A stretch of DNA of 59,859 bases, filler included, from Squatina squatina (Eukaryota), in NCBI GenBank assembly GCA_031763465.1. It is 4 parts of 4 records of this genome, joined end to end, with 100 filler letters (N's around TTAATTAATTAA, not from the genome) between each part and the next. Parts side by side here need not be neighbours in the genome. Positions count along the whole stretch, not along the records: positions 1 to 13,872 come from JARFOE010000058.1; 3 more parts are not named here. One strand, written 5' to 3'. The position numbers were made by a program, and so were the translations under genes. Numbering within the stretch: position 1 is the first letter of the stretch; the number at the start of each line of letters is the position of its first letter. Positions 1 to 12,879 of the stretch are shown here, in pieces. The notes under the pieces are model-generated. The model did no database searches, was not told the origin of the DNA, and worked only from the letters and a program-made list of their open reading frames with translations.

Positions 1-2689
1 CTTCACAGGTGATTTTTCATGTTAAAACACAGCTAAAAGTGTGATGTAGATAAATTAGATAGATAGAACAAACATTAAGAGAGAGTACAAATCTTTAGAA
101 GGACAAACAGGGAGTAAATATTACTACCAGAGTTGTAATAGGGAAATATCAGGCTTTATGCATCAATCAGCACAATATATCCAATACTGTCCCATTACTT
201 GTCAGATCACGTAGCATTACTATTGATAAATCATGTAGTCACAGAAGCAATTCACAGACGCTTTGGGTGGGATTGGAGGGAAGCTGCTGACAATAAAAGA
301 GATAAATTGCTACCTTTTTGTACGTCATGCAGAATCGCCCATTCAGCAACACCCAAGGCAGAAACACAGAAACAGAAAACAGCAACAGGAATATATATTT
401 TAAAAAAACAGCTACCCAAGGAAAGAGAAAGGTGCTCAAAGAGGCCAGGAAAAGAAGCGAGAACTGAAAAAGAGAAAAAGGCAGATTGCAAGCCAGCTGC
501 AAAAAACAAGTGCAAAACCAGCAAGAGGGGGAAGTGCTGGAGAAACTGCTGTGAAGAATATGATTGAGGTGTGTGCAGGTCAAAAGGAATAAAAGATGAA
601 ATCATGGGTTAGGAACATCGCACTCATGAAAACATGGTTAAGGCTGAATTTCAGGTTTGACAACATGTCTTACTGGAACATGGAACAGGGCCATGCAGGC
701 TCCATTCGATGCGTTGGAATACACAATAATAAATCAAGAAACTGTGCATGCGAAAACCTTTATCATAAGCAAATGTAGGCACAAAGTGTCACCCTACAAG
801 AGAGAGTAATGGTGTATTTCAGGAAGGAGGATCTGTAATATTGCCCAACAGTCTATAAACAGAGTGAATTCCACAACACTGGGTGGGGAAGTACAAACAG
901 ACCAGCGAGCCAGAAACCGCACTGTTTTCAACTTGTGCAGCCTACTGCCGGCTAGAATAGATGGCAACCCTACCTCTGGTGGAAATGCGTAATCACCAAG
1001 GGGCCAGAGAAAACCACCTCTTCAGCTGGATCTTTCAGCATCTGAGGGCCTCAACAGCACCTTGTAAACTGGAGTTGTGAGCTGCCAAGTGCAGCAGCTG
1101 TAAGGATAATGCAGCATTAAGTGGCATTCCAAGTTTCTTAATAATATTTTCTGCCCATTTTTGACACAATACCAGCCCCACCCACCCCATCAGATCCCAT
1201 TCCACCACACACCATTCCCTGGCTAAGAAGTTAATTTAGTCCCAAACCTCTGACAATACCACTCTCCGGCCGCCTGCTTGACGATTGTCCATCCCTCACG
1301 ATAAGAAAGCAACTGGCAACTACTCGCACCCATCTCCAGCCTCGACAGGCGAGCCAAGATGGCAAACGAACCTCTTGAGAAGGCAGCTCCTTCCGTTTGC
1401 GTGACCAGCTTGGTCATGCTCATTTGAAACGGCTTCATATTTCTGTAGAACGCCAACAAGAATCCGCCCATCAAAGAGATTGGTTTTGCCACATACGTAA
1501 ACATGGTAGAACGTTGGCCTCTGCTGCTGGCGTCCCTGGGCGACAACAACTCTTAGAAACCAACCACCAATCTACTGCTAGCTCTGCACAGCCTTGCTAC
1601 CGTACAGTGGCTGCAATGTACCCACTCACGCACACAGAAGACAGGCTTTTTTTGTTGTAATCACTCCACACATTGAAGGCCCTGCCTAGAACGTGACTGA
1701 CACTGCTGTATCCGCAAGTGTGGAAACTCTGCCAAAATGATGTCTTCGACTGTTCCAGCAGGGAACTTGGATTTTCTACAATGTCAACTTGACTTTTACA
1801 TTGGCAATGTACCAATTNNNNNNNNNNGAGGTTTTTTTTTTTTACACACACAAATGTGCATATCTGCATCTAAAGAACACAACAAAGACAGGTCTTTGAA
1901 TCTTTTTTTTTAAAAAAAGAGCTCAGCAATCGAAAAGAAAACCAGTTAGAAACAAAAAGTGGTTTATAACACTAAAATAAAGAGAGAGCACCCTTGTCTG
2001 CCTGTACTGGTGTTGGCCCTTCAGCCAGAGTCTAATGCTTTAATCCCATTTCCCTGCCCCTTCCCCATATCTTTATGAAGTCTTCCTTTTTCAAAANNNN
2101 NNNNNNNNNNNNNNNNNNNNNNNNNNNNNNNNNNNNNNNNNNNNNNNNNNNNNNNNNNNNNNNNNNNNNNNNNNNNNNNNNNNNNNNNNNNNNNNNCCAT
2201 GATTCTGTTAGTTTTGAGGCTCATTTTTCTCTGGATATAGTTTAGATCTGGTGAAAATATATCCAAGTTTGGAAACTACAATGCCAAGTAATGTGAAAAC
2301 TATTTTCTGGCACCGCTCCCGATATCACATCAGGCATGTTGAGAAATGTAAAGCATCTTGCAAGGCACCTCATTTGAATCAATAATGACGCTTTAACTCA
2401 AAAAGGCAGGCTGTGCTTAATCCATAAAATTGTACTTAGTGCCGAGAAGGAGGCTAATTAAAATGGATAGAAGGAAGCCAAAACCCTATAACATCTGAAT
2501 CACCGATGATTAAATGTATTGCAATTAAGCACATGAACAGACTTAAGATAATTTCAAGTTAGGACAGAGCTGCTTAATCCCTTCCAAACTGCTACTGATT
2601 TAAAGTCTATATAAAAACAACAATATACAATTTATGGCACCGTAAACATAATTTCATGTCCCAAAGTGCTTCAGCGAGGCAAAAATAAC

Positions 2690-3035
2690 TGGACACCAAG
2701 CAGTGGTGGAAAGATTAGAAGAGGTTAGTGAAAGCCAGGTCGAAAAGGTGGGTCTTGAGAAGGGAAGTAATGGAGGAAGGTGAGGGGAGNNNNNNNNNNN
2801 NNNNNNNNNNNNNNNNNNNNNNNNNNNNNNNNNNNNNNNNNNNNNNNNNNNNNNNNNNNNNNNNNNNNNNNNNNNNNNNNNNNNNNNNNGCACTTGTTGT
2901 TGGAGGTGAAGATGGAGGGGGCAAGGAAAAGAGGTTTAAGGAGCCAGGAGATAGCAGAGAGAAGAAGCCAGGTGTTAGCTTTGCTTTCTAGCGTGATCCT
3001 GGAGTAGTGGGCAGTTTTGGCAGAGGAGAACAAGG
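2690..3035 (-). mobile_element. L2-type LINE 3' fragment (degenerate, spans a 100-N gap)
   Basis: The minus strand reads ...SLLKTHLFDLAF..., typical of L2 ORF2 C-termini. Boundaries approximate. Confidence 0.5.
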
Positions 3036-6000
3036 CCAGCTAACACATAATGTGGTCCAGCCAGATCTGGTGATGTATGGTTAAGCCACATAAAGTCTGG
3101 GGGGTGTAGAAGGGTGGTGGGTGCAGGGTGGAGGGGGGAAAAGAGACAGGATCACACTCAGCTGTGATGTCCTCTAGGGTTTATGGGCCTGCCAACTCTC
3201 ACTGTGAAGGTTCACATGTTAATTATGCCCAGCCTGGCAAAGTACCAGAAGGCAATTAGCACCTATAGAGCTGCACCCACACAAGATGATAGGGAGAAGA
3301 TAAAAGCTCCATGACGTCTATTTTCTTATTTGCAAGTCGGACAGCAGAACAGCACATACTGAAGCAAATTAAGTTTTTGTTGCTCAGAGCGGTATATATT
3401 TAAGACAGTTTGAATTAAATTGGGAACCTGCAGAACACACTTGGATATGAACTCCACTCCCAAGCAATTTGTTCTAAAATCAAATCAGCACTCTGCTGAC
3501 GCCCAGCCAGATTTGGAACCCTGCTGCCATTGATTGGGTTCTGTCAGCAGCAAGTACCTTTCATACAGCTACAGTCAACAATCTCGCTTCCGGTAAGCAA
3601 AGGACAGACAACACCATCATTAGCAAAGAGACCAGCCTGAATCCTCCCACTGCNNNNNNNNNNNNNNNNNNNNNNNNNNNNNNNNNNNNNNNNNNNNNNN
3701 NNNNNNNNNNNNNNNNNNNNNNNNNNNNNNNNNNNNNNNNNNNNNNNNNNNNNATACCAAAGTGTAGCTATCAGTTAACACTCTGATTCTGACAATTTGT
3801 TATGTGAATCACGCCAGCACAGTACCAGCTCCCTTTATCAGAAGGGAAGCCACATGCATAATATGATTCTACACTACCAGCTTCCTACACTACCAATATA
3901 TTTTCTTCGACTGCAAAGAACAGACAGAATAGAGTGGCTATACAAGTGAAAAATGTTTGGCATTCTACCATGTAAGTGCTGCACTGCTGCGGACAAAGGT
4001 AAATAAACTAAACTTGACTATTTCGAGGAAATTATTCCTGCCTAAACCAAAAATGCAATTTAACAGGATTTAAGTCCGCTCTCCTGATTTACTGTAGTGA
4101 AAGTTGATCACCAGATTTGATGTTTAAAATCTGCTGATGCAGAAAGTTCGTGGATTATCAAAAAAGCAACATTAGATTCGACTTCACGAAAATCCATGTG
4201 AAGGAACTAAGCTTGGATCAACCCAATTTTGCAGAATATTAGGCATATGCACTACAACTCTGGATTTAGAGTTCAGTGAAGATTATTTGATTACTTCACC
4301 ATCTGGTTTTCATGACTTCCGTACTGTGGACTTGGTCATGCACTGGAGCCAATAGGTATTCACTCAGACTTCACACCACACAAATACTAAAAAATAAAGG
4401 AAAAGGGGATCAGAAAGGATAACTGCATTTGAGAAAATGAACAAAAAAAGGTAGTAAGAGAAATTCAATGTAAGGACTGCAAGATCAAAGAGGAAAGTTT
4501 TGAGCAGCATATTAAGAGAGAGAGGCAAAGAGGTGTAAGGAGGGAATTGCAGAGCTTAGCGCCTCGGCTGAACTGCAGAACATACAGAGGGAGAAATCCT
4601 CAAAAGGACAAAAATAACTTTTTAAAAAAAGAAATGGAGAAAGAGGTTAAAATGAAGTGGAGGAATGATGATGAATGATGTATCTGCAAAAGAAAATTCA
4701 TTTGAAACCATAAATTGTATTCAACATGACTTCCACACCAGATCATAAAAAACACAACTGGATAGCAGCAAAAGTTTGCTTTGGCTTATAGCCATGTTCC
4801 CATGGAGATTACCAAAGGACTAGTTGACTCCTATTACACTGCTGTCACCAGGTTTTATTTACCATTTAGTACCATTATGTACCAGGCGAAAAAGACCTGC
4901 CCTAAATTCAATGGTGCTTAAAGTGTGCACACTCTTAATTCAGCATCTCAAATTACCAGTAACACCACCATAATAGATTATCCCTAAACATAATCCAAGC
5001 TCGGATAGACTAAAATATGTAATTGTACTACTGGATAATTTTCACAATTCAGGAGCTGGACATAGTATGAAAATTTCACACGTTCACCATGCATAGATAT
5101 ACATGGTTGGATGAATTGTCAAGTGTTGCAGTGGAACAAGAGAATACAGAAGAAATATGTTTTGGTATTGCATACAGCTCAGCTAAAATAGTGGCAGTTA
5201 TATCATGAACATCTTGAACTTTAAATGAGAATTGTGTGAATATGTGCTTTACTGAAATTTTACTTGCAACAGGGCCCTGCAGTCTGAATTTTGGCATGCT
5301 GGACTGAACATCATTATTTGAATTTGTGCTTTTGTGAAACTTTGTGGTGCAATTATGTTTCTTAAACTTTGTTAATCTTTTGCTACTAGCCTTGAATCTG
5401 TTTAAAATCCTTACTCTTATTAGCAGGATAAATCCAGTCCCGCTTGTCTCCATCATACTGCATTTTACTGTAGGATACATGCCACAAAATTCTTAAGTCA
5501 ATGAAACTCCATAGAATCTGCAAACAAATTGAATAAAGCATAGGTGGGTCTTGTATTATACATCCTGCAGTGCTCACCGGACATTGAAGGTTTCAAAAGA
5601 GATGGATGCATTAGATTGGATTAGTTACTTCTGAGTGGGGTGAAATCCGAACATTGAACAGTGGCGACCTTTCCAAGGATTTTCTGCCTCTTGGGCATAC
5701 AGTTCAATAGCCTGGCTATTTTGGAATATGAAAATTCTATTGTAGGATTTGGAAAGGGCACTCTGCTGAATATTTTAAGTGCTGAGAGGAAATAGTGGTA
5801 GGGAGTTGTTTTGAACTGATAGAACAAATTAAAAGCAAAATTGGGAGGTTACGATGGGGTGCACGTGTGAAATATACTGTGCAATGCCCACCAGTTGTGA
5901 AAGATTTCCANNNNNNNNNNNNNNNNNNNNNNNNNNNNNNNNNNNNNNNNNNNNNNNNNNNNNNNNNNNNNNNNNNNNNNNNNNNNNNNNNNNNNNNNNN

Positions 6001-6443
6001 NNNNNNNNNNTGGCATGCAACCTTTAATCTCCATAGTACAGTTATGGGGGTGGGGGAAGTGTCTTATGAATGGAGTTATTATCAACCATGTATACTGTCA
6101 CTTTAAATATGCTACTTTGAAGCCACCGTTGCACCCAAAGTTAATATTTTGTAGGGTTTATTTCACTCAACTTTAAAACTACTTACTGCAAGTCTGAAAA
6201 GGACTTTACAACCACTGCAGGAACGAAGTTATTCTCTTTTTCTTAATCCATGCATCGACGCAAATCCTGTGCAAAGTGGGTCACATGGAACCCCATGGAA
6301 AAATCACTGACTGATGTCAGTAACCGCACTCATGATTCCGTGCTAACTGGACCCTTTAATCTTGTAACTAGCTTTCTCTCTCTAAAAGCAAACAAGAGTT
6401 AGGAAACTCGCGCACAGCTCATTCCCCAGCTCATCCAGCCTAC

Positions 6444-6718
6444 CTTTAGACAAGTCTGTGCTGATGAATGAAGCGAAATCTCCTCACCCTTCGCCTGCGT
6501 CCACGCCCGATCGCACTCGCCACCAAAACTCCCGAATGTTTGGGGATTTCCTAACTCGATTTTCGCCCTTTCCATTGGCTCGGGGTGAATCACATTTTTT
6601 CCATAACACTGGCCAATTGCCGCAATAAGGGATCGTCTCCAAGCTGCGCCATGGGACGAAACTGAAACAGCATTTTACTGGCTCCAGATCCCTCTCTTGT
6701 GAGTTTGTTGATTAGAGT
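6444..6718 (-). other. Candidate 275-nt spliced exon, probably non-coding
   Basis: Minus-strand acceptor CTGAC-TTGTGTTTGTTTCTGCAG (branch point plus pyrimidine tract, AG at 6719-6720) and donor AAAG/GTAGGC (GT at 6442-6443). The sequence is locally richer in CpG. No recognisable protein. Confidence 0.35.
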
Positions 6719-7306
6719 CTGCAGAAACAAACACAAGTCAGTTTACATGCCATTGCAATCACTTCTGAGAAGGCCGAAGATATAAAATTCTTTTCAACAA
6801 AAAAAGAACGCTGTTGTCGAAAATAAAGCAACAAAAAAAGTCCTAACCATCAACAGTGACATGCAGCAGTCCTGGGATACATATATATGTCAAATATGTC
6901 TCTTTACANNNNNNNNNNNNNNNNNNNNNNNNNNNNNNNNNNNNNNNNNNNNNNNNNNNNNNNNNNNNNNNNNNNNNNNNNNNNNNNNNNNNNNNNNNNN
7001 NNNNNNNNAGCTGCTCTCAGATGGTGGTCACGGCTGCTCTGAAAGCCATCCACTCTGTGCTGAATCAAAGGCCGCAAGATGACTCGTTTCCAACTATCCC
7101 TTCCTGCTGGAAGCATTTTGCTTGTCAACTACCTTGGATTATCAACCTGAAATAGCTGTTGAACTTAAATCGAAACTGGTTTGTCACACCCTCCTTGCTT
7201 ATAACATCACAGGATCTGGAAGCAATCTTCTAAAAACATAGCCCGCATTTTTTAAATGAATTGAAAAGGTTCAAATGAAGACACATTTTCAAATGCCATT
7301 TTTACA

Positions 7307-7312
7307 TTTATT
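7307..7312 (-). promoter_or_regulatory. AIFM1: Probable AIFM1 polyadenylation signal AATAAA
   Basis: TTTATT on the plus strand, about 200 nt downstream of the AIFM1 stop codon. Confidence 0.5.
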
Positions 7313-7512
7313 TTCGTATTTAGTTCAGAAAATCCTGATCATTGTGTGCACATGGTACAAATATTTTTACTTGGTCAAATTTTAGATAATGGGAAAATTC
7401 ACAAAATATTACTTTCATCCTCTGAGAATTCAAGCTCTTGATCTCCTGCACAAAAGAATGTTTACAATTTAAAAAATTCTAGACTCTTATATACAGTTAA
7501 ACTCTGGGTATT

Positions 7513-7584
7513 CTAATCTTCATGAATGTTGAACAACTTTGCAATTTCATTGAGGTCATCATGCTCTTCACCATCCTTAATGAC
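7513..7584 (-). CDS. AIFM1: Apoptosis-inducing factor 1, mitochondrial - last coding exon (human exon 16 equivalent)
   Basis: TTTTCACATAG acceptor, then [23 protein letters not shown]. This matches the human C-terminus [23 protein letters not shown]. Phase 0 fits the preceding exon. Not in the ORF track. Confidence 0.96.
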   Translation of the reverse strand, partial: [23 protein letters not shown]

Positions 7585-9149
7585 CTATGTGAAAATGTTA
7601 AAAACAAGTTTTAAAACAATGCAATTATAATTGGAAATTTCCACTGCATTTTCAAAGTCTTTAGGGTTTCCCCTCTGCACTGTATGCTGCTCCCCACTGA
7701 GTACACCTTCACCACCTGTACTAGCTTCCGATGTTACAGAGGAGCCATTGGTGGTCCAGACAGGGCAACAAGGCAGTGCAGTCTCGGGATGACTTGCCTG
7801 CAAGTCTTGGATCTAGGAGCCTCTCCGATTGGCTGGGAAAACTTGTACGTTTGGACAGGTGAACTGCTCCTACGCTTCTGCCAATACGGTTCTAAACCGG
7901 CTGCTAGAAGATGCCGTGGTAAGCATCATAGGAGAACTTGCATGGAAAATTGAGAGCACGAAGCAGCTTCTTACCAGACACACAACAAACTAATTAACTG
8001 ACCAGGGCAATTCCATTATCTATGAGCAGAAAAAACATTCTGAAGGATGAATAAATCTGTATGTAAATAATTATACAATTTTATTTCCCCATGTTTCTCT
8101 GATCGTTTCTCTGTCGACTGCTTGTAACATGAAGCAATTATAAGCTTTGTATTATGCACTGCAACACAAACAAACCGTACTCAATATTAAAACTATTCCT
8201 GACAAATATAACATTGTATTAACCCTATATTACTAAAATTAAACTGTAATATGTTGAGATTTTACTCTGGTTTCCTTGCTCCTTTATTTCCCACTGATTC
8301 ACAAAGTAAATGTTTAAATATTCGTACCTGACATCCATTCTACAGATAGCAGCCACATCATTAAACACCAACATCTGATTGACTGAATATAACTCTAAAG
8401 AGGCAGTTTTTCCAGCTAATTGGTGCTCAAGGTTGTAGAAATGGAAAGGTCAAATTTCAACTTGTTCTACAAGTGCTACCTTTAAAGTGCATACCAGTTA
8501 TCCCATCAACAAGCCTGGCATCATGATCGTACCTCAAGCATGCATCATATTGTCGGTACTCCATAGTTTAATGGATTTGCCTCAAACTGAAAACACTTGG
8601 TATTAATATATAACCTTTAAATTAGTAATTTATCCATCCTGTACGACTGATTTTTTTCATGACAATAACCGGCATTTTTTCCGTGCACTGTAATGGACTT
8701 GATAACCGTAGTCCCGAGGACAAACCCCAATGCAGCTGCCGCATCACTACCTTTCACTTTAATTATTACACTGCAAACAAGGTTATTTTCCTAGTATTCT
8801 GCTACCTCAAAAAGATTTAGCAGTACTTATCACACAAATCTCTGTACTTCAGCTTGGACTTATTCCATCACTTAAATTATAACAGAAATTCATTCCCAAA
8901 TAGCTGAAAATAAATTTGCAATAAACATCCACACACACACACACTACAGGATGACTTGGTATATACACTGTAAATGGGAAAAAAAGATACAATCCAATAA
9001 TTTAGTGTGTGCTCTGGAGGCGTTGAAAATGCTTCCACAGGTTTTGGCAGACTTGAGAAGCCCAAGCTTCCCCCTCTCCCCCCACTGGATTTAAGATGTA
9101 GCTGTGACCCGACCAAGGTCTTCAAGACAGCAACAAAAGGGCACAAAAA

Positions 9150-9540
9150 GAGAGTCAAAGAATAAAATGGGACGTTAGAAAAATGTCTTTACACAGTGGG
9201 TGGTTAGAACATGGAATTCCCTATTACAGGTATTGAAGCAGAGTTTATAAGTACTATGTGAGTATCCTGGCCAACACTTATCCCTCAAACAGCATCACTA
9301 AATCAGACTATCTGGTCATTTAACTTCTTGTTGTTTGTGGGACCTTGCTATGCAAAATTGTTGACCTATATTACATCAGTGACAAAATTTCAAAGCACTT
9401 TGGACATCCTAAGGTCATGAAAGGCATTATATAAATGTAAGTTCCAGATGGGACTAGACTAGGTGGCTCATGTGGAGAAAAACATTGGTGGAGACTTATG
9501 GACCATAGGCTTGTTGCTGTACTGTTAGGATTTTATGATT
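9150..9540 (+). mobile_element. CR1-type LINE 3' end interrupted by a SINE fragment
   Basis: CR1 3' motifs (..TTTACACAGTGGGTGGTTAGAACATGGAATTCCCT..) lie before, and a CR1-like 3' UTR/tail after, the SINE at 9262-9444. Confidence 0.5.
9262..9444 (+). mobile_element. SacSINE1/DeuSINE-like SINE, 3' half
   Basis: TCCTGGCCAACACTTATCCCTCAA..GTTTGTGGGACCTTGCT..AAAGCACTTTGGACATCCT..AAAGGCATTATATAAATGTAAG. It overlaps in sequence with the copy at 56070-56200. Confidence 0.7.
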
Positions 9541-10384
9541 GTCAGCCTTCAATTTGGCGTTGCATCATCAGTCACCGACTATCCAGTATGTTTGACAAAT
9601 AGTACATCATTACCAAGAAACGTTTTGTAATACTGCAATAACAGTAACAAAGAAAGTGAACACCCCCTGCTTAGCACTGAGACAATGAACTCTCCCGGCG
9701 AAGAATTAAAGCGGCTTCACACATCTAATAAAAGTATTTCAACTAAACAGTGCTACATACAAGTTTTCCCATGTTTTTGGTGTGCAGTTACAGACCTGAG
9801 AATTTGAAAGGATGCAGTCTACATAATTGCATCAGGGGAATTATTTTTGGGAGGGGAGGAAATCTGAATATAATTCTACTTTAAACTGTGTCAAACTATG
9901 CCCTATAATGATCATTATCGAGAACTGAAAGGTCTACAATTGAAATGATACACACAGCTCATCTCAGCAGTTCCATTCTAATCTTTAACCTGCACTGGAT
10001 GTGAAACCATAGGAAGCACTTTTGGAATCTGATACCTTTTCAGAAGTTTAGCCCTAATTGAATATGGGGCACTCAGATCTTCTGTTTTGGAGCCTGGTGT
10101 GAACACAGACATTAACCAAATCAAACAACTGTTATTGTCACTGACACGNNNNNNNNNNTTAATGTAGAAAAACGTCCCAGGGTGCTACACAAAGGCGCAT
10201 CAAAATGGACATGGGGGCTCAGGAGGAGAGATTCGGAGGGGAGCCTAAAAACTTGGTCAAATCTTAACAATATACTTTGCTTAAAAAACATTAAAAGTAA
10301 CTTAAAAAAGTCCTCTGTGGGGAAAATTGTCAAAAAAATCCTGTAATGTGAGGCACTGCATCATTTCCAGATGCAATGACTCCG

Positions 10385-10830
10385 ACGCTCTTCTTGCTGG
10401 ACTCCCACCCTCCACCTCCCATAAACACCAAAGACTCTGCTGCTTGTGAACTGTCCTGCACCCAGTCCCATTGGCCCAGCATCCCTACCGACCGAGAATG
10501 GCTTTCAGTCACACATCTCAAATTTAAAATTCGTATCCTCATGTTTAAATCACTTCATAGTCTTGCCCCTCCCTAACTCTAATCTCCTCCAGCCCTACAA
10601 CTGACCCCCACCCCCCAACTATGGCCTCTTGTGCAACGCCCTTTCTTTGCCCCATTAACAACCGTGTCTACAGAACATTCTGAAATTCCCTTCCCAATTC
10701 CCTCCTTTGACCCTTCATAAAAGCAAGATTTTGGTCACCTCTCCTAATAGCTCCTTTGGATCAGAGTTCATTTTATTTTGATTATGCCTCTGTGAAGTGT
10801 CTTGGGGTGTTTTCCTATGTCAAATGACCT
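10385..10830 (+). mobile_element. L2-type LINE 3' fragment
   Basis: Translates to ..EWLSVTHLKFKIRILMFKSLHSLAPP.., a degenerate form of the L2 motif LHWLP..RI.FKIL.L.FK.LHGLAP.YL. Confidence 0.65.
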
Positions 10831-11065
10831 AATTGAGGGCTTTAAAATTATGAAAGGTTTTGATAGAGAATGAGCATTTCCACTTGTGGGAAAGAGCATA
10901 ACTAGAGGCCTTTAATATAAGATATAGTCACCAAAAAATCAAATAGGGAATTCAGAAGAAACTTCTTTGCCCATAGAGTGGTGAGAATGCGGAACGTGCT
11001 GAATAAGCATAAACCGAGACAGACCAGTTTGGCTGGATGGCCTGTTTCTGTGCTGTAAAGTTTAC
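10831..11065 (+). mobile_element. CR1-type LINE 3' end
   Basis: GACCTAATTGAG..TTTAAAATTATGAAAGGTTTTGATAGA..AGAAGAAACTTCTTT..AGAGTGGTGAGAATG, ending GGCCTGTTTCTGTGCTGTA. Confidence 0.7.
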
Positions 11066-11096
11066 GTCATTCTGTGTAATTAACTACAACACTGAC

Positions 11097-11293
11097 CTTT
11101 CTGGCGATTGGCATCCTGTTAAAAATATTCCACCAAAGAATTCCTACGACCACTTTCTCTCTCAAGTAGAAGATGACACCCTTTCCATAGTCCTCTCCTT
11201 CCTGAGGTGGACGGGCTAAAGAAGCAGGACCAGCAGATACACTTACTGAAGTAGCTACTTCTTCAGTCTCACTTTCCGATCGGATTCCTGTAC
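11097..11293 (-). CDS. AIFM1: AIFM1 penultimate coding exon (exon 15 equivalent)
   Basis: 197-nt AG..GT exon encoding (G)[12 protein letters not shown]...[33 protein letters not shown]. Phase 1 start, phase 0 end. Confidence 0.96.
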
Positions 11294-12105
11294 CTACATT
11301 CAGGAACAGAACATGCAACAATCATGATTAACCACACATCAACTGCCTAAACAGAAAGAAATTGGTAAATGAGTAGCCAATGCTCCCGTTACACGTCCAT
11401 TATGTTTCATCAAAGGGTGAAAGGTGCTACAGCCATCTGCATGTGCAAGCCCTGACAGAGAACGGTCGTTGGATAGTTATTAAGAACAAGAACCTTGTTG
11501 ATTTTTAATCTTTCTATCCTGGGGTACAAGTGCCCCCTACTGCCACCCTATCCAAGGTCAGTTAATACAGCAAACACCAGGAAGCGAGCGAGGATAGGCC
11601 TGTTCTAGTCTTCATGTCTCAGCGTCATATACATCCACCAAGCCATCAGGCGGAGTTCTGTGATGGAGATTTTGATCTGAGCATCATAGTTTTGTAAGAT
11701 GTTAGGAGTGATTTTCACTTTTGGCAGTGACAGAAAACAAGCAACAATGGATGTTACACATCCGGCCTGATTTTCCTTTCCCTGGAAGGAAATTCAGCAG
11801 CGTGTATAATGGGCGGCCATTTTGCTGCCGCCTGGCTTCCGCCAATGTCGAGAGTCAAAATTGGGCCCAACATTTCCAATGCAATTTAGTTTAACAAGTA
11901 AAGCAGCAGATTTTCTAAATGTTAAGCAGAAATTAACTACTGACTGCAAACATTGCTTTAATAAAGCATCAGCTTGTTTGAGAAAAAAATTACATAATCC
12001 AAAAGCAATATTATGAATAAAACAATGCCAATAAAAGAGGAACTCTTACTACATACCAACAGCGTCATCTATTTGTTTCTAGTAAGCAAATATTCTGCAA
12101 CTTAC

Positions 12106-12180
12106 CAGACTCTTGTGTCACAGCTTTGGGGGTGTCTTTAGCAGTTCCCTTGGCAAACACTCCCACAGTAGGTAAACTAC
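12106..12180 (-). CDS. AIFM1: AIFM1 exon 14 equivalent, 3' part (5' part in N gap)
   Basis: [24 protein letters not shown](G), then a GTAAG donor. Human reads [25 protein letters not shown]. Confidence 0.93.
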
Positions 12181-12459
12181 NNNNNNNNNNNNNNNNNNNN
12201 NNNNNNNNNNNNNNNNNNNNNNNNNNNNNNNNNNNNNNNNNNNNNNNNNNNNNNNNNNNNNNNNNNNNNNNNNNNNNNNNNNNNNNNNNNNNNNNNNNNN
12301 NNNNNNNNNNNNNNNNNNNNNNNNNNNNNNNNNNNNNNNNNNNNNNNNNNNNNNNNNNNNNNNNNNNNNNNNNNNNNNNNNNNNNNNNNNNNNNNNNNNN
12401 NNNNNNNNNNNNNNNNNNNNNNNNNNNNNNNNNNNNNNNNNNNNNNNNNNNNNNNNNNN

Positions 12460-12502
12460 TCCGGCCCAACTTAACATCATAGAAACAAGCAGCATCTCCA
12501 GC
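12460..12502 (-). CDS. AIFM1: AIFM1 exon 13 equivalent, 5' part (3' part in N gap)
   Basis: CCTGCAG acceptor, then AGDAACFYDVKLGR (human AGDAACFYDIKLGR). Confidence 0.93.
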
Positions 12503-12879
12503 CTGCAGGGCATAAAGGGAACACAAAGAGAATACTTACAGGTTTTGTGAAGTTGAAGGCCGTGTGCATTTTGTTTGTGAAAAATTTGGCCATATGTTTG
12601 TAGTGTATTTAACAACTAGAAAAACTGGCTATGAAATGGTTGACGTTGATGCTCAGTTTCTTAAATCTATGGTAGAGTTATCTGGGATAAAAGTTTCCCG
12701 AGGAAAAGAATATTGATGTAGACAATAAAATATACCACTGTAGATCATGTATTTAGAATTTGTCTTTGTATTCTATTCTTAAACAGTATGTGCACTAATA
12801 ATGATGTATTTTAAAAAATCATTTGATATTAATATCAGTTTCCAAAAATGTACTTTCAGGAAATGACCCATACGCTCAC

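Noticed and set aside
199-605. Three overlapping ORFs of 114-122 aa (Lys-rich on plus, hydrophobic on minus)
   Set aside because: They arise from A/G-rich low-complexity sequence that lacks stops. No recognisable domain or splice structure.
7684-7953. 89-aa plus-strand ORF antisense within the last AIFM1 intron
   Set aside because: No recognisable homology or coding signature. More likely a decayed repeat.
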